A stretch of DNA of 64,000 bases from Candidatus Poribacteria bacterium (GCA_003635185.1 PYJA01000119.1:2115-66114); one strand, 5' to 3'; positions 8,310-17,610 are shown, counted from the stretch's first letter. A program made the numbers and translations. The notes: generated from the letters alone by a model not told the origin.

Positions 8310-10193
8310 TTGAAAAAGTTAATTATTACTGTTGCTATCATTGTCGTTTTGATTGGGGCAGTAGGATGGGTTGTACTCAGTCGTAACAAAAACGGAGTTG
8401 ATCCAGCTCTTGCTCCCAAAATTGAGCTCGTCAAACTTGGTGATTTCCGAATGACCATTAGAGCTACCGGCAATTTAGAACCACTTATTGACGTAGAAGT
8501 GAAATCTAACGTTGAAGGGGAAGTAATTGATCTCCTTGTTAAAGATGGTGATCCCGTTGAAGCAGGCGATATTTTGGTAAAACTTGACCCCAAAATATAT
8601 CAAGAGGACCAGAAGCAGGCTGAGGCGGATGTTAAGGCTGCTGAGGCGCAGCAGATGCAGGCGAAATTAAATATTGAACTAAAGAAAGAACGGTTGAACA
8701 GTAATCTTACACAGAAAGAAGCTGCTGTGAGAAGCGCTAAGGCAAATCTTGAAACAACCAAAGCGGAATCGTTGACACGGATAAGCTCCGCTGAAACCGA
8801 CATTCAAGCCACAAAGAATTCATTAGACCAAGATAAGATTGCTTTAGAACAAGCAAATATTTCACTTGAGCAAGCGAATTTAACACTTTCAGAATATGAA
8901 ACGTCGCTTACGTCTACAAAGGTTGCTTTAGACACTGCCAAATCAGAATTTGAAAGAAATAAATCTCTCTTTGAAGAAGAACTGGTTTCCAAAAAGACGT
9001 TGGAAGACGCAGAATCTCGGCATGCCAGTGCAGACTCACAATACAAAAATGCTAATAAACGGGTAGAATCACAGAAACAAACTATCAAATCACAAGAACG
9101 CACTGTTCTGGCACGTAAAACAGCTATTAAGACGCGTGAAGCACAGTTGCAATTACAAGAATTAAACCTTGAACACCTCAAAAAGACGCGTGAAAAGGCA
9201 GAAGAAGAGAGCCAAATTCGTTTGGATAATGCTGGAACACAGTTAAAGGAGCTTCAGTTAACAATTGACAATGAGAAATTGCTAACAGAGCAATCCAAAG
9301 TCAGTTCTGATGCCAATCTCCTTCGTAGGCAAAGTAGTCTGAAGAATCAGGTGGAACGGCTTGGTTGGACGGTTATTAAGGCACCTATGTCTGGCACCGT
9401 TACACAACTTGAGATAGAACAGGGAGAGATTGTAACGTCTGGACGGTCGGCTTTTTCGCAAAGTCCTCCGATTATGACGATTGCAGATCTATCGAAAATG
9501 GTTGTCAAAACCTTTATCAACGAAGTTGATATGGAACGTCTTGAAGAGGGGCAAGCTGCAGATATCAAGATTGATGCTTTCCAAACAAAAAGATTTAAAG
9601 GTAATGTGTACGAGATTTCCCAAAGCGGTCAACAACAAGATAACATTATCTCGTTTGAGGTGATGATAGAGGTTGATGATACATCGGGGGACATCCGCCC
9701 CGGTATGAGTGCTGATGTTGACATCATTACGTACGAAGAAAAGAATGTCTTGCTGATCCCTATTGACGCTGTAATAAACAAGAATTCTGCTACCGTTACC
9801 GCCCAAGTGGGTAATACGTCTCCCTTCAAGGTAGGCAAATCGGTGCAAATGCAGACCCTTAGCGAGAAAATATTCAATGGAACTGTGCAATCTGTTGGAA
9901 ATGGAAGCGTTACAATTGACTTAAATCCTGCGCAACGCGGTATTGTTCCTGGTGATGCAACTGTTTCGCTTTTAATCAATGATCAAAAGAAGGCTGACGG
10001 TGTTTCGGCACAAGTAAATGTTTCAAGAGGGAAGTTTGTGATGTTGGACAGTGATGGCGGCAAAGGTGTTGAAACTGCTATTGAAACCGGCATGCAAAAC
10101 GAAACGGTTGTCATCGTCAAAAGTGGAATCACTGAAGGCGACCGAGTTATTTTACAACGCAGACAAAGACCACAGGGAGGATGGGGAAGATAG
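8310..10193 (+). CDS. efflux periplasmic adaptor (HlyD/MacA-type membrane fusion protein) with very long coiled-coil hairpin
   Basis: 627 aa. TTG start after AGGAGG. N-terminal TM anchor, lipoyl-like motifs (VEGEVIDLLVKDGDPVEAGDILVKLD; IKAPMSGTVTQLEIEQGEIV), and about 250 aa of heptad-rich Q/E/K/A sequence between them. Confidence 0.8.
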   Translation: MKKLIITVAIIVVLIGAVGWVVLSRNKNGVDPALAPKIELVKLGDFRMTIRATGNLEPLIDVEVKSNVEGEVIDLLVKDGDPVEAGDILVKLDPKIYQEDQKQAEADVKAAEAQQMQAKLNIELKKERLNSNLTQKEAAVRSAKANLETTKAESLTRISSAETDIQATKNSLDQDKIALEQANISLEQANLTLSEYETSLTSTKVALDTAKSEFERNKSLFEEELVSKKTLEDAESRHASADSQYKNANKRVESQKQTIKSQERTVLARKTAIKTREAQLQLQELNLEHLKKTREKAEEESQIRLDNAGTQLKELQLTIDNEKLLTEQSKVSSDANLLRRQSSLKNQVERLGWTVIKAPMSGTVTQLEIEQGEIVTSGRSAFSQSPPIMTIADLSKMVVKTFINEVDMERLEEGQAADIKIDAFQTKRFKGNVYEISQSGQQQDNIISFEVMIEVDDTSGDIRPGMSADVDIITYEEKNVLLIPIDAVINKNSATVTAQVGNTSPFKVGKSVQMQTLSEKIFNGTVQSVGNGSVTIDLNPAQRGIVPGDATVSLLINDQKKADGVSAQVNVSRGKFVMLDSDGGKGVETAIETGMQNETVVIVKSGITEGDRVILQRRQRPQGGWGR

Positions 10194-10238
10194 AAATAGC
10201 GAAGAACATAATCTCATAAACGTATTCTGTTAAAAAAG

Positions 10239-10280
10239 CAATCGACACCGAATTCACACGTAGGTATTCGGTGTCGATTG
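10239..10280. terminator. bidirectional hairpin terminator
   Basis: Perfect 15-bp stem caatcgacaccgaat / attcggtgtcgattg (10239-10253 / 10266-10280) between convergent genes. Confidence 0.6.
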
Positions 10281-10310
10281 TGTTAATCCAGATGTTCACA
10301 GATTAAGGTT

Positions 10311-11387
10311 TTACTTTTTCAGCGCTCCCCACGTTACTTTTTTTTTACCGCGTGGGGACACAGGCAACACATCATCACTGATCCAATCCACTGTTCCATC
10401 ATTTCCTAAATCGTCTGTTAACTGCGTGATCACATGTGTTTCTATATGATACTTATAGATATTGGCAGGTGGGAACACAAAACCGCGCGGTATCGGTTCG
10501 TTTAACGGTGTGCCGGGCTCCGCACAAAAAACAACCGATTTGCCATCATCCATCCAGTCAATACTAACTGGATACCAGTCCTTCGGTATCTGGAGCCGTT
10601 TGATGTTCTCTCCGTTGCGATCACAAATCATATACCGATGTGCTTTGTCGATCAGTGCGATCCCTACATTCGGTATTGGCTCCCAGGTATATTCCCGTTG
10701 TGTAAACACTATCTTTTTACCATCTGGTGACCAGCGCTGTTTCCATCGGTGAATAACCACTCCGCCTGCAGGTGGCTCCGGGACAAGTGGGCGTGGGTTA
10801 TGTCCATCCGCACCCATAATCCAAATCGTGTTCCCACCGCCACCTACGGCTAACGGTTTTGAGAATATAATATGCTTACCGTCCGGAGACCAATCGCAAA
10901 AGTTTGCATTGATATCCGCTATTGCTTTCATCTTTCCCGTTTCAATATTCAGCACGGTGATACTGGGTTTCTCTTTGTTGTCTATCCGAACTATCCTATT
11001 AAAAACGATAGATGTGCCATCCGGTGAAAATGATGTTCTCCCGATGGAACTCCCATCGTTTTCTGTGAGTTGCCGAATGTTTGTACCGTCCGGATTCATC
11101 AAGAAAAGGACAGAACCGCTAATCACTCGCCAGACTCCCTCCTCATCACGCCCAGCATCTCGGATGGATTTTTTAAATAAAATATGTTTACCATCCCGAG
11201 ACCAAGTGCAGGATCTCGGTCTTAACTTTTCAGATTCAGTGAGAAGCGTCTGGTTGCTGCCATCATCGTCCATCACGTAGATACCCGGCACCCCCTCACG
11301 TGTGGAGCTAAAAACGATTTTGGCATGGGCTGCTGTAGACAAAAGCAGTAGCAGGAAACAAAGAAAACCGACTTTTTGTAGGTGCAT
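10311..11387 (-). CDS. secreted PD40/TolB-like beta-propeller protein with C-terminal WG.LK tail
   Basis: 358 aa. Signal peptide (FLCFLLLLLSTAAHA). AKIVFSS...IYVMDDDGSNQTLLT and repeated SPDG motifs of PD40 repeats. Ends DWISDDVLPVSPRGKKKVTWGALKK. Confidence 0.75.
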   Translation of the reverse strand: MHLQKVGFLCFLLLLLSTAAHAKIVFSSTREGVPGIYVMDDDGSNQTLLTESEKLRPRSCTWSRDGKHILFKKSIRDAGRDEEGVWRVISGSVLFLMNPDGTNIRQLTENDGSSIGRTSFSPDGTSIVFNRIVRIDNKEKPSITVLNIETGKMKAIADINANFCDWSPDGKHIIFSKPLAVGGGGNTIWIMGADGHNPRPLVPEPPAGGVVIHRWKQRWSPDGKKIVFTQREYTWEPIPNVGIALIDKAHRYMICDRNGENIKRLQIPKDWYPVSIDWMDDGKSVVFCAEPGTPLNEPIPRGFVFPPANIYKYHIETHVITQLTDDLGNDGTVDWISDDVLPVSPRGKKKVTWGALKK

Positions 11388-11394
11388 GACTTTT

Positions 11395-11429
11395 CCTCAA
11401 AAAGAGTGGCAGGGGCACGTGTCCCTGCC
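11395..11429 (-). terminator. rho-independent terminator (minus strand)
   Basis: Palindrome ggcaggggcacgtgtccctgcc (11408-11429), followed on the minus strand by a T-run (ctcttttt). Confidence 0.6.
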
Positions 11430-11436
11430 GATACAT

Positions 11437-12513
11437 TTAGTCTGGATTGTCTGAAGATGTATTATGGCTTAACTTTTTCAGTGCCCCCCACGTTACTTTT
11501 TTTTTACCGCGTGGGGTAACAGGCAACACATCATCACTGATCCAATCCAGCGTTTCATCCCTGCCCGGATGATTCGTTAACCTTGTAATCACATGTGTGT
11601 GGAGATGATACTTATAGATATTAGCAGGTGGCCACTCCTCAAAAGGTGGTGGGAGTTCTCCTAAAGGCAGCCCGACATACGCACTAAAAACAACCGATTT
11701 GCCATCATCCATCCAGTCAATGCTAAGCGGTCGCCAGTCCTTTGGTATTCGTAGCTGTCTAACGTTCTCACCGTTGCGATCACAAATCATATAACGATGC
11801 GCCTTGTAGATCAACGCGATCCCTACATTCGGTATTGGATCCCAGGTGTACTCGTCTTGTAGAAACACAATCTGTTTACCGTCTGGGGACCATTTCGGCT
11901 CCAATCGGTGAATGACCACTCCTCCTGCAGGTGGTTCCGGGACAAGTGGGCGTGGATTATGTCCATCCGCACCCATAATCCAAACCGTGTTCCCACCGCC
12001 ACCAACTGCCACTGGCTTTGAGAATATAATATGCTTGCTATCTGGAGACCAATCGCAAAAGTTTGCACTGATATCCGCTATTGCTTTCATCTTTCCTGTT
12101 TCAATATTCAGCACGGCGATGCTGGGTTTCTCCTCGTTGTCTATCCGAACTATCCTATCAAAAACGATAGATGTGCCATCTGGTGAAAATGAAACTTTAC
12201 CGATAGAACTCCCATCGTTTTCTGTGAGTTGCCGAATGTTTGTACCGTCCGGATTCATCAAGAAAACGACAAAATTTGAGTGCCGCTTTGCACGCCTTTT
12301 AAACGCAATCTGTTTACCATCCGGAGACCAGCAATTGGAGTAGGATCTCAACGTTTTGGCTTCGGTGAGAAGTGTCTGGTTGCTGCCATCATCGTCCATC
12401 ACGTAGATACCTTGTACACCGTTGCGTTCTGAGCTAAAAACTATTTTTGCTTGCGCTGTGGTCGACGCAAGCAGTAGTATTAAGCATAGCAAAACAACTT
12501 TGCGTCCATTCAT
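11437..12513 (-). CDS. secreted PD40/TolB-like beta-propeller protein, tandem paralogue
   Basis: ATG at 12513 follows AAGGAG; the ORF-track start at 12549 is probably too early. Long identical blocks with 10311-11387. Carries VTWGALKK plus an 11-aa extra tail. Confidence 0.75.
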   Translation of the reverse strand: MNGRKVVLLCLILLLASTTAQAKIVFSSERNGVQGIYVMDDDGSNQTLLTEAKTLRSYSNCWSPDGKQIAFKRRAKRHSNFVVFLMNPDGTNIRQLTENDGSSIGKVSFSPDGTSIVFDRIVRIDNEEKPSIAVLNIETGKMKAIADISANFCDWSPDSKHIIFSKPVAVGGGGNTVWIMGADGHNPRPLVPEPPAGGVVIHRLEPKWSPDGKQIVFLQDEYTWDPIPNVGIALIYKAHRYMICDRNGENVRQLRIPKDWRPLSIDWMDDGKSVVFSAYVGLPLGELPPPFEEWPPANIYKYHLHTHVITRLTNHPGRDETLDWISDDVLPVTPRGKKKVTWGALKKLSHNTSSDNPD

Positions 12514-12523
12514 GGTTATGCTC

Positions 12524-12561
12524 CTTAAAAAAAGCGTGGCAGGGAACACGTGTCCCCTGCC
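12524..12561 (-). terminator. rho-independent terminator (minus strand)
   Basis: ggcagggaacacgtgtcccctgcc (12538-12561), followed on the minus strand by T7. It is a near copy of the 11408 hairpin. Confidence 0.65.
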
Positions 12562-12573
12562 GTTTAAAATGTT

Positions 12574-13368
12574 TTATGGCTCTGGATTGTCACTGGAATC
12601 AAACGTGTTCCAACTATCCACGTGTCTGTGGTCTAAACCCGTTATCATGTGGATATGTGCATTTAACTTATAACTTAGACCCTCTCTGATCAGTCCACCG
12701 ACGAAAAAATTGAGACTCATAGTATTAGCGGAGTGCGGACCATACGATCCGCCGGAAGCCACATTTTCGGTTGGTGCGTCATCTTCTAACGGATTTGCTG
12801 GTGCTTTGTCCCACATATGTTTGAACCAGGCGGAACACCAAACGGCATCATCGGATCCGTTATTGGCAGAGACATACCCCTCCATGATGATATTTGTTCC
12901 ATCAAAATAATGGCGTGTGAGCTCTACATAGCCAGAGACATCGGGGTGCTGTTGACCGCCACCCCCGTGTACTTCGGTTTCCCACTTCGGTTGAAACATC
13001 TTCACTTTGTAGGAAGCGGTGGTACTGCGAAATTCTTCAGCATCGGCATCCCATTCCCATACTTTCACACCGATCGTATACTTGCTTCCTTGAAGCGTAC
13101 CGGGTATTTTATCGTAAGGATAGTAGGAGGCGTAGTTTGTGGTTGAGTCTAATGTCTCACCGTGTACATGTGTGCCATCAATGGACCAACCGACATAATA
13201 AATCGGCTTATCGGTTCTCACGTACGCCATGTGGTACGTGTAACCACCATAAGAGGTGTCCTCCGTATCGGAGGGAAATTCCGTGATTTTAATCGCATCA
13301 CTCTGCTGAACACCGAGCAAGAGGGTACATATCGCAATCACGATTGTGGATAATTTCAAATACTTCAT
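12574..13368 (-). CDS. hypothetical secreted protein
   Basis: 264 aa. AGGAGAAAAAATG start context. Signal peptide (IVIAICTLLLGVQQSDA). Rich in Y/W/H/G. No family recognised. Confidence 0.5.
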   Translation of the reverse strand: MKYLKLSTIVIAICTLLLGVQQSDAIKITEFPSDTEDTSYGGYTYHMAYVRTDKPIYYVGWSIDGTHVHGETLDSTTNYASYYPYDKIPGTLQGSKYTIGVKVWEWDADAEEFRSTTASYKVKMFQPKWETEVHGGGGQQHPDVSGYVELTRHYFDGTNIIMEGYVSANNGSDDAVWCSAWFKHMWDKAPANPLEDDAPTENVASGGSYGPHSANTMSLNFFVGGLIREGLSYKLNAHIHMITGLDHRHVDSWNTFDSSDNPEP

Positions 13369-13464
13369 TTTTTCTCCTTTGTTTTCAGTAGATATACTCT
13401 CCCGAGCATATCGTTAAGTTGATCGAGTTCCCTTTCCTTGTTCGGTAGACCTTCCACCGGTTTA

Positions 13465-14375
13465 TAGTAAAGTCGAAAAATAAGTTTACATTTTCTGATA
13501 TTTATGTTAGCATTTATGATTATGGCATATTCAACAGATTTACGCAAGCGTGTTCTCGATTTTATCAATAACGGAGGTAGTAAAGTCGCTGCTGAACGCA
13601 CCTTTGGTGTCTCAAGAAGAACGATCTATAACTGGTTAGAGGCAGAAGACCCCCTCGCCTATGAAAAGCCGGGACCTAAAGGCCCCCGACACATTGATTA
13701 CGATGCGCTTCGCCAACATGTCGCTGATTTTCCCGATAGCACACAGATGGAACGGGCTACACACTTCGGAGTCTCCAAGAACTGTATCTGGTATGCATTT
13801 GGAAAACTTAACATCACGCGAAAAAAAAGACGTTAACGTATAAAGAACAGTGTCCAGAAAAACGCCAAGTCTATCTTGATGCGTTTGATCTTGAAGTTCA
13901 AGTTGGTGGTAAAACTCCGGTTTATGTTGATGAAAGCGGTTTTCCGACTTCACAACTGCGACGGTATGCTTATGCCCCGAAGGGTGCCTGTGTCCAAGAT
14001 AAAATATCGGGTTCACATCGGTATAAATCTACCACTTTGATTGCGGCTCGCATCGGAGATAGTTTTACCGCCCCTGTGCTTTTTGAAGGTGCCTCTGATG
14101 CACTTGTCTTCAATGCGTGGTTAGAGCAGCAGTTATGTCCTTTGCTTGATGAAACGCACGTTGTCATTATGGATAATGCGTCCTTCCACAAGGGTTCAGA
14201 GACGGCAAGGTTGATTGCGGAGACAGGTGCGAGTTTGCTATTTTTACCCCCGTATGCTCCAGAGTTGAACCCAATTGAGAAGGACTTCGCTAACATTAAG
14301 CGACAATATCAATACAACCCTGAAACATCTATTGATCAAATCATAAAAATGTATAATTAATTATGGGCTTTACTA
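13465..14375 (+). mobile_element. compact IS630-family insertion sequence (ISY100-like size), TA-flanked
   Basis: 911 bp. Terminal inverted repeats tagtaaagtcgaaaaataagtttac (13465-13489) and the reverse complement of 14351-14375 (tagtaaagcccataattaattatac) match at 19 of 25 positions. TA lies on both flanks (13463-64, 14376-77). Encodes an HTH plus DD35E transposase. Confidence 0.85.
13504..14360 (+). CDS. IS630-family transposase, two frames joined at an A8 slippery run (-1)
   Basis: The first-frame ORF 13504-13836 carries the HTH (RRTIYNWL). The -1 frame is open from 13812 to 14360 and carries VYVDESGF, IMDNASFH and ELNPIE (DD35E). The frames overlap at cgAAAAAAAAg (13821-13828). Confidence 0.8.
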
Positions 14376-15292
14376 TAAATAAACAAGAATATCCAATTCA
14401 AAAGTTATCTGTCCAAAAAAATGGCACTTACATCGTAACCATTGCTAAGAGCGACGATCCAACTTTTCCTTTCGACGTTTACCTTTCTGATAGAAGTGAA
14501 ATGCCTGCAGAAGAAAACACGCTAACACATAGGCAATTTACTGAGATACTTGATGTTAAGGTCTCAATATACGGAGATATTTTTTTCACAAACAATCAAA
14601 TAAGAACAGATATTCGCGGGGGACCGCCGCCATCGAGCGGTATCTATCTCATTCCAAATTATGATATAGAGGAATTTATTAATCCTGAATATCGCATAAT
14701 TAGCATACCTGGTCCCACCCCAGCAGATATAGTGGTCCTAAATAAAAAACATCTACTGTTAAAAGAAGTTAAAATACAGCGTGTCGCTCTGTCGCCGAAC
14801 AGATATCAAATTGCTTATGATACCGAAGAAGGCGTTTTTCTCTTCAATCTCAATACTGGAGAGGTTGTCCAAATTAGTCGGGGCGGAAGTTTTCCATCTT
14901 TCTCACCAGATGGTAAAAAGATCGCTTATGTTTATAGATATTCCGGATTCGCGCATGAAATTGAGATACTCTCAACTGATACACTGCGTTACCTGGGGAA
15001 CATAAGAGGACTTAAAAACCACGTAAAATTCTTAGACTTCAAATGGTCAAATGATGGAAAATATTTCGTCTACACAATATACGGCGGCGGAGCGGACCTT
15101 TTCAAGCAGATTCCGCCGGATACTTCATATCATAATTACGTAGTCTCGCTTGATGGAAAAGAACGGTTTCAGATTTTGGAAGGTATATTTGATAAGGGCG
15201 TGCCAATGTTTGATTGGGTAACGAGCGAAGTACCATATACTGTTGAACCCAAGAACCGACTGACCACCCTCTGGGGAAAATTGAAGCAGTAA
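14363..15292 (+). CDS. PD40-like propeller paralogue without signal peptide; ends TTLWGKLKQ
   Basis: 309 aa. FSPDGKKIAYVY / WSNDGKYFVY PD40 motifs. C-terminal tail DWVTSEVPYTVEPKNRLTTLWGKLKQ. Its ATG (14363) lies inside the IS630 right end. Confidence 0.6.
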   Translation: MGFTINKQEYPIQKLSVQKNGTYIVTIAKSDDPTFPFDVYLSDRSEMPAEENTLTHRQFTEILDVKVSIYGDIFFTNNQIRTDIRGGPPPSSGIYLIPNYDIEEFINPEYRIISIPGPTPADIVVLNKKHLLLKEVKIQRVALSPNRYQIAYDTEEGVFLFNLNTGEVVQISRGGSFPSFSPDGKKIAYVYRYSGFAHEIEILSTDTLRYLGNIRGLKNHVKFLDFKWSNDGKYFVYTIYGGGADLFKQIPPDTSYHNYVVSLDGKERFQILEGIFDKGVPMFDWVTSEVPYTVEPKNRLTTLWGKLKQ

Positions 15293-15353
15293 GTCGTAAA
15301 TTAGGTAATTATTTTTATAGTCCCAACTTAAATTCGTAAACTTCATATAGATT

Positions 15354-16250
15354 ATGACACAAAAATTAGAAACTCGCCGAATGGGACGGACTGAGATGCG
15401 ACCAAATGCATTAGCACTTGGTGCAGCATGGTTGTCCTCAAAACCGGATGAAGAGGTTATTAGTGCAATCAGAAAAGCAATTGGACTCGGTATCAACTAT
15501 ATTGACACCTACCCTGGACACAGGGAGCATCTTTGGGGTGAAGCACTTTCTGACGGTTTGAGAGAAAAAGTGTATCTGCAGGCAAAAGTCGGCACACACC
15601 CTGAACGTAGGAAAGATTTCTCCGCAGACGGCACACGGTGGAGTGTGACAAATAGTCTTAAAGACATGCAAACAGACTATCTTGATGCAGTGTTGATCCA
15701 TGACCCGTTGGATATGAAAAGTATATTAGATAAAGGACGCGCTTTGGATACGCTTCTGGAGATGAAAGATGAAGGCTTCATTCGGCATATCGGTGCGGGG
15801 GTGCGCTCTCACGATTTTCACAAGCAACTGATCGAAACAGGACATATTGATATTATACTTACCTTCTTGGACTATACGTTATTATCGCAATCTGTCGCGC
15901 AGACCACGTTACCATTAGCGCGCGAACACGATGTCGGCATTATCCTCGCCAGTCCTTTGGGAATGGGAAGTCTGACTGGTGCAGAACCAAACGTTGCAGA
16001 TGAACGGAGACGTAATCCCGATGCTGAACCTAAAGCATACTCTATGTGGAAATGGTGTCAGGAACGTGATGTTAATATCCGACACTTAGCGATGCAGTTT
16101 TGCCTCGCCGCACCAATAGATGGTGTTGTGATGTTCGGTCCTGCTGACAAAGCACAAGTGGAAGATGGGTTTGAAGCAGCTACAGCTGACATACCGGAAG
16201 AAATTTGGGAAGCGTTTGAAACGGAATTTGGTATCAAACGCGGAATGTAG
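15354..16250 (+). CDS. aldo/keto reductase family oxidoreductase
   Basis: 298 aa. GINYIDTYPG, DYLDAVLIHDP and HIGAGV motifs typical of AKR (TIM-barrel) enzymes. Confidence 0.75.
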   Translation: MTQKLETRRMGRTEMRPNALALGAAWLSSKPDEEVISAIRKAIGLGINYIDTYPGHREHLWGEALSDGLREKVYLQAKVGTHPERRKDFSADGTRWSVTNSLKDMQTDYLDAVLIHDPLDMKSILDKGRALDTLLEMKDEGFIRHIGAGVRSHDFHKQLIETGHIDIILTFLDYTLLSQSVAQTTLPLAREHDVGIILASPLGMGSLTGAEPNVADERRRNPDAEPKAYSMWKWCQERDVNIRHLAMQFCLAAPIDGVVMFGPADKAQVEDGFEAATADIPEEIWEAFETEFGIKRGM

Positions 16251-16309
16251 ATCACTTCAATTCATTGTTGGACAAGGTCCTTGTAACCCATCATTGTTAC
16301 TTTAAAATT

Positions 16310-17116
16310 CTATCCTTCTAATTTCACACCTACTACCAATTCTGATGCAAACTGTTTTACCGCAGTAAGCAATTTTGTTTCATCATCTTTATGTTTTTCA
16401 ATCACATTGATAATAGCACTTCCCACAATAACGCCATCAGCGACTTCTGCAACCTGTTTTGCTTGCTCAGGGGTGGACACACCGAAACCGACGCTGATCG
16501 GTTTGTTTGTGTGCTTGCGGAGTTCTGTTATCATCGGTGCTACTTCGTCTGATAACGTTGCCCGAACCCCTGTTACGCCAGTTAACGAAACACAATAGAC
16601 AAATCCAGTACTGACTGATGCGATACTTTGCATCCGTTCTGATGGACTTGTCGGTGCAATAAGGAAGATGGTAGCGAGGTTATGTTGTGGTGCAACTTCT
16701 AAAAGTGGTTGTGCTTCCTCTGGTGGTAGGTCTGGCACGATTATTCCATCAACGCCTGCATTTTGTGCTGCTTGGCAAAATGTTGATTCCCCCATACTAA
16801 AGATCGGATTATAGTAACTCATCAACGCGATAGGAATGTCTGTTTGCTGGCGGAGTGTTTTCACTATCTCAAGAATCTGTTGGAGAGAGATACGGTGTTT
16901 GAGCGCACGTTCGCTGGCACGTTGAATAGTTGGACCGTCTGCTATTGGGTCAGAGAAGGGGACACCGAGTTCTATGAGGTCAGCACCTGCTTGTTCAAGC
17001 GTCCGGAGGAGTTTCGCTGTTAACTCAGGTGTTGGATCTCCTGCACAGAGATAAGGCATAAATGCGCTGACACCTTGCTGTCGGAGTTGCTGAAATTTCT
17101 TGTCAATTCGATTCAT
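16310..17116 (-). CDS. trpA: tryptophan synthase alpha chain
   Basis: MNRIDKKFQQLRQQGVSAFMPYLCAGDP..., ELGVPFSDPIADGPTIQ, and GFVYCVSLTGVTG are classic TrpA motifs. The start is set at M25 of the ORF because the consensus promoter lies at 17160-17188. No trpB is adjacent. Confidence 0.9.
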   Translation of the reverse strand: MNRIDKKFQQLRQQGVSAFMPYLCAGDPTPELTAKLLRTLEQAGADLIELGVPFSDPIADGPTIQRASERALKHRISLQQILEIVKTLRQQTDIPIALMSYYNPIFSMGESTFCQAAQNAGVDGIIVPDLPPEEAQPLLEVAPQHNLATIFLIAPTSPSERMQSIASVSTGFVYCVSLTGVTGVRATLSDEVAPMITELRKHTNKPISVGFGVSTPEQAKQVAEVADGVIVGSAIINVIEKHKDDETKLLTAVKQFASELVVGVKLEG

Positions 17117-17159
17117 TATGTATGATTGTGTTTCCACTTTCTGATATTGAGTTTTCTCA

Positions 17160-17188
17160 ATTATACGCTGTCCGAATTGAGATGTCAA
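17160..17188 (-). promoter_or_regulatory. consensus sigma-70 promoter of trpA
   Basis: On the minus strand, TTGACA (17188-17183), 17 nt, TATAAT (17165-17160). About 45 nt upstream of the trpA ATG. Confidence 0.65.
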
Positions 17189-17222
17189 GTAAAGTTTGTC
17201 GGTGCGTTGAAATCTATTTTCG

Positions 17223-17251
17223 TTGCAATTTCTTTCAAAATTAGGTACAAT
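17223..17251 (+). promoter_or_regulatory. sigma-70-like promoter of the AbrB/PIN operon
   Basis: TTGCAA (17223-17228), 17 nt, TACAAT (17246-17251). 32 nt upstream of the antitoxin ATG. Confidence 0.55.
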
Positions 17252-17283
17252 ATTGGAAACAATTAATTTAAAGGAACTAAAAG

Positions 17284-17610
17284 ATGTCAGCGATTAGAAT
17301 TCTCCAAGATGGTCAGATCACTATTCCCAAACATATCCGTGATACTTTGGATCTCAAAGAAGGCGATATTGCGGAAGTGAGACTTGAGAATGGACAGATT
17401 GTGATTACGCCACACTTTTCCAGGGAAGAAACCTCCAAACTACGCTCAGAACCGGCGGTGTCGGCTTGGGATGAACTTCAACGTGTCATGAGCAGCGTCC
17501 ATGAAAAAAATAGAGGTGTGAGTGAAGCAGAAGTCGTCTCGGATGTACAACGTGCAGTCGCCGAATTACGCCAGGAAGAATATGAACGGAAAACTTCATG
17601 TTGTCCTTGA
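17284..17610 (+). CDS. AbrB/MazE/SpoVT-family antitoxin
   Basis: 108 aa. The N-terminal swapped-hairpin motif IRILQDGQITIPKHIRDTLDLKEGDIAEVRLENGQIVITP is typical of AbrB-type antitoxins. Overlaps the downstream PIN gene. Confidence 0.75.
   Translation: MSAIRILQDGQITIPKHIRDTLDLKEGDIAEVRLENGQIVITPHFSREETSKLRSEPAVSAWDELQRVMSSVHEKNRGVSEAEVVSDVQRAVAELRQEEYERKTSCCP

Noticed and set aside
16310-17188. Full-length 292-aa version of the trpA ORF.
   Set aside because: The first 24 codons run across the consensus promoter at 17160-17188. Conserved TrpA sequence starts at M25 (17116).
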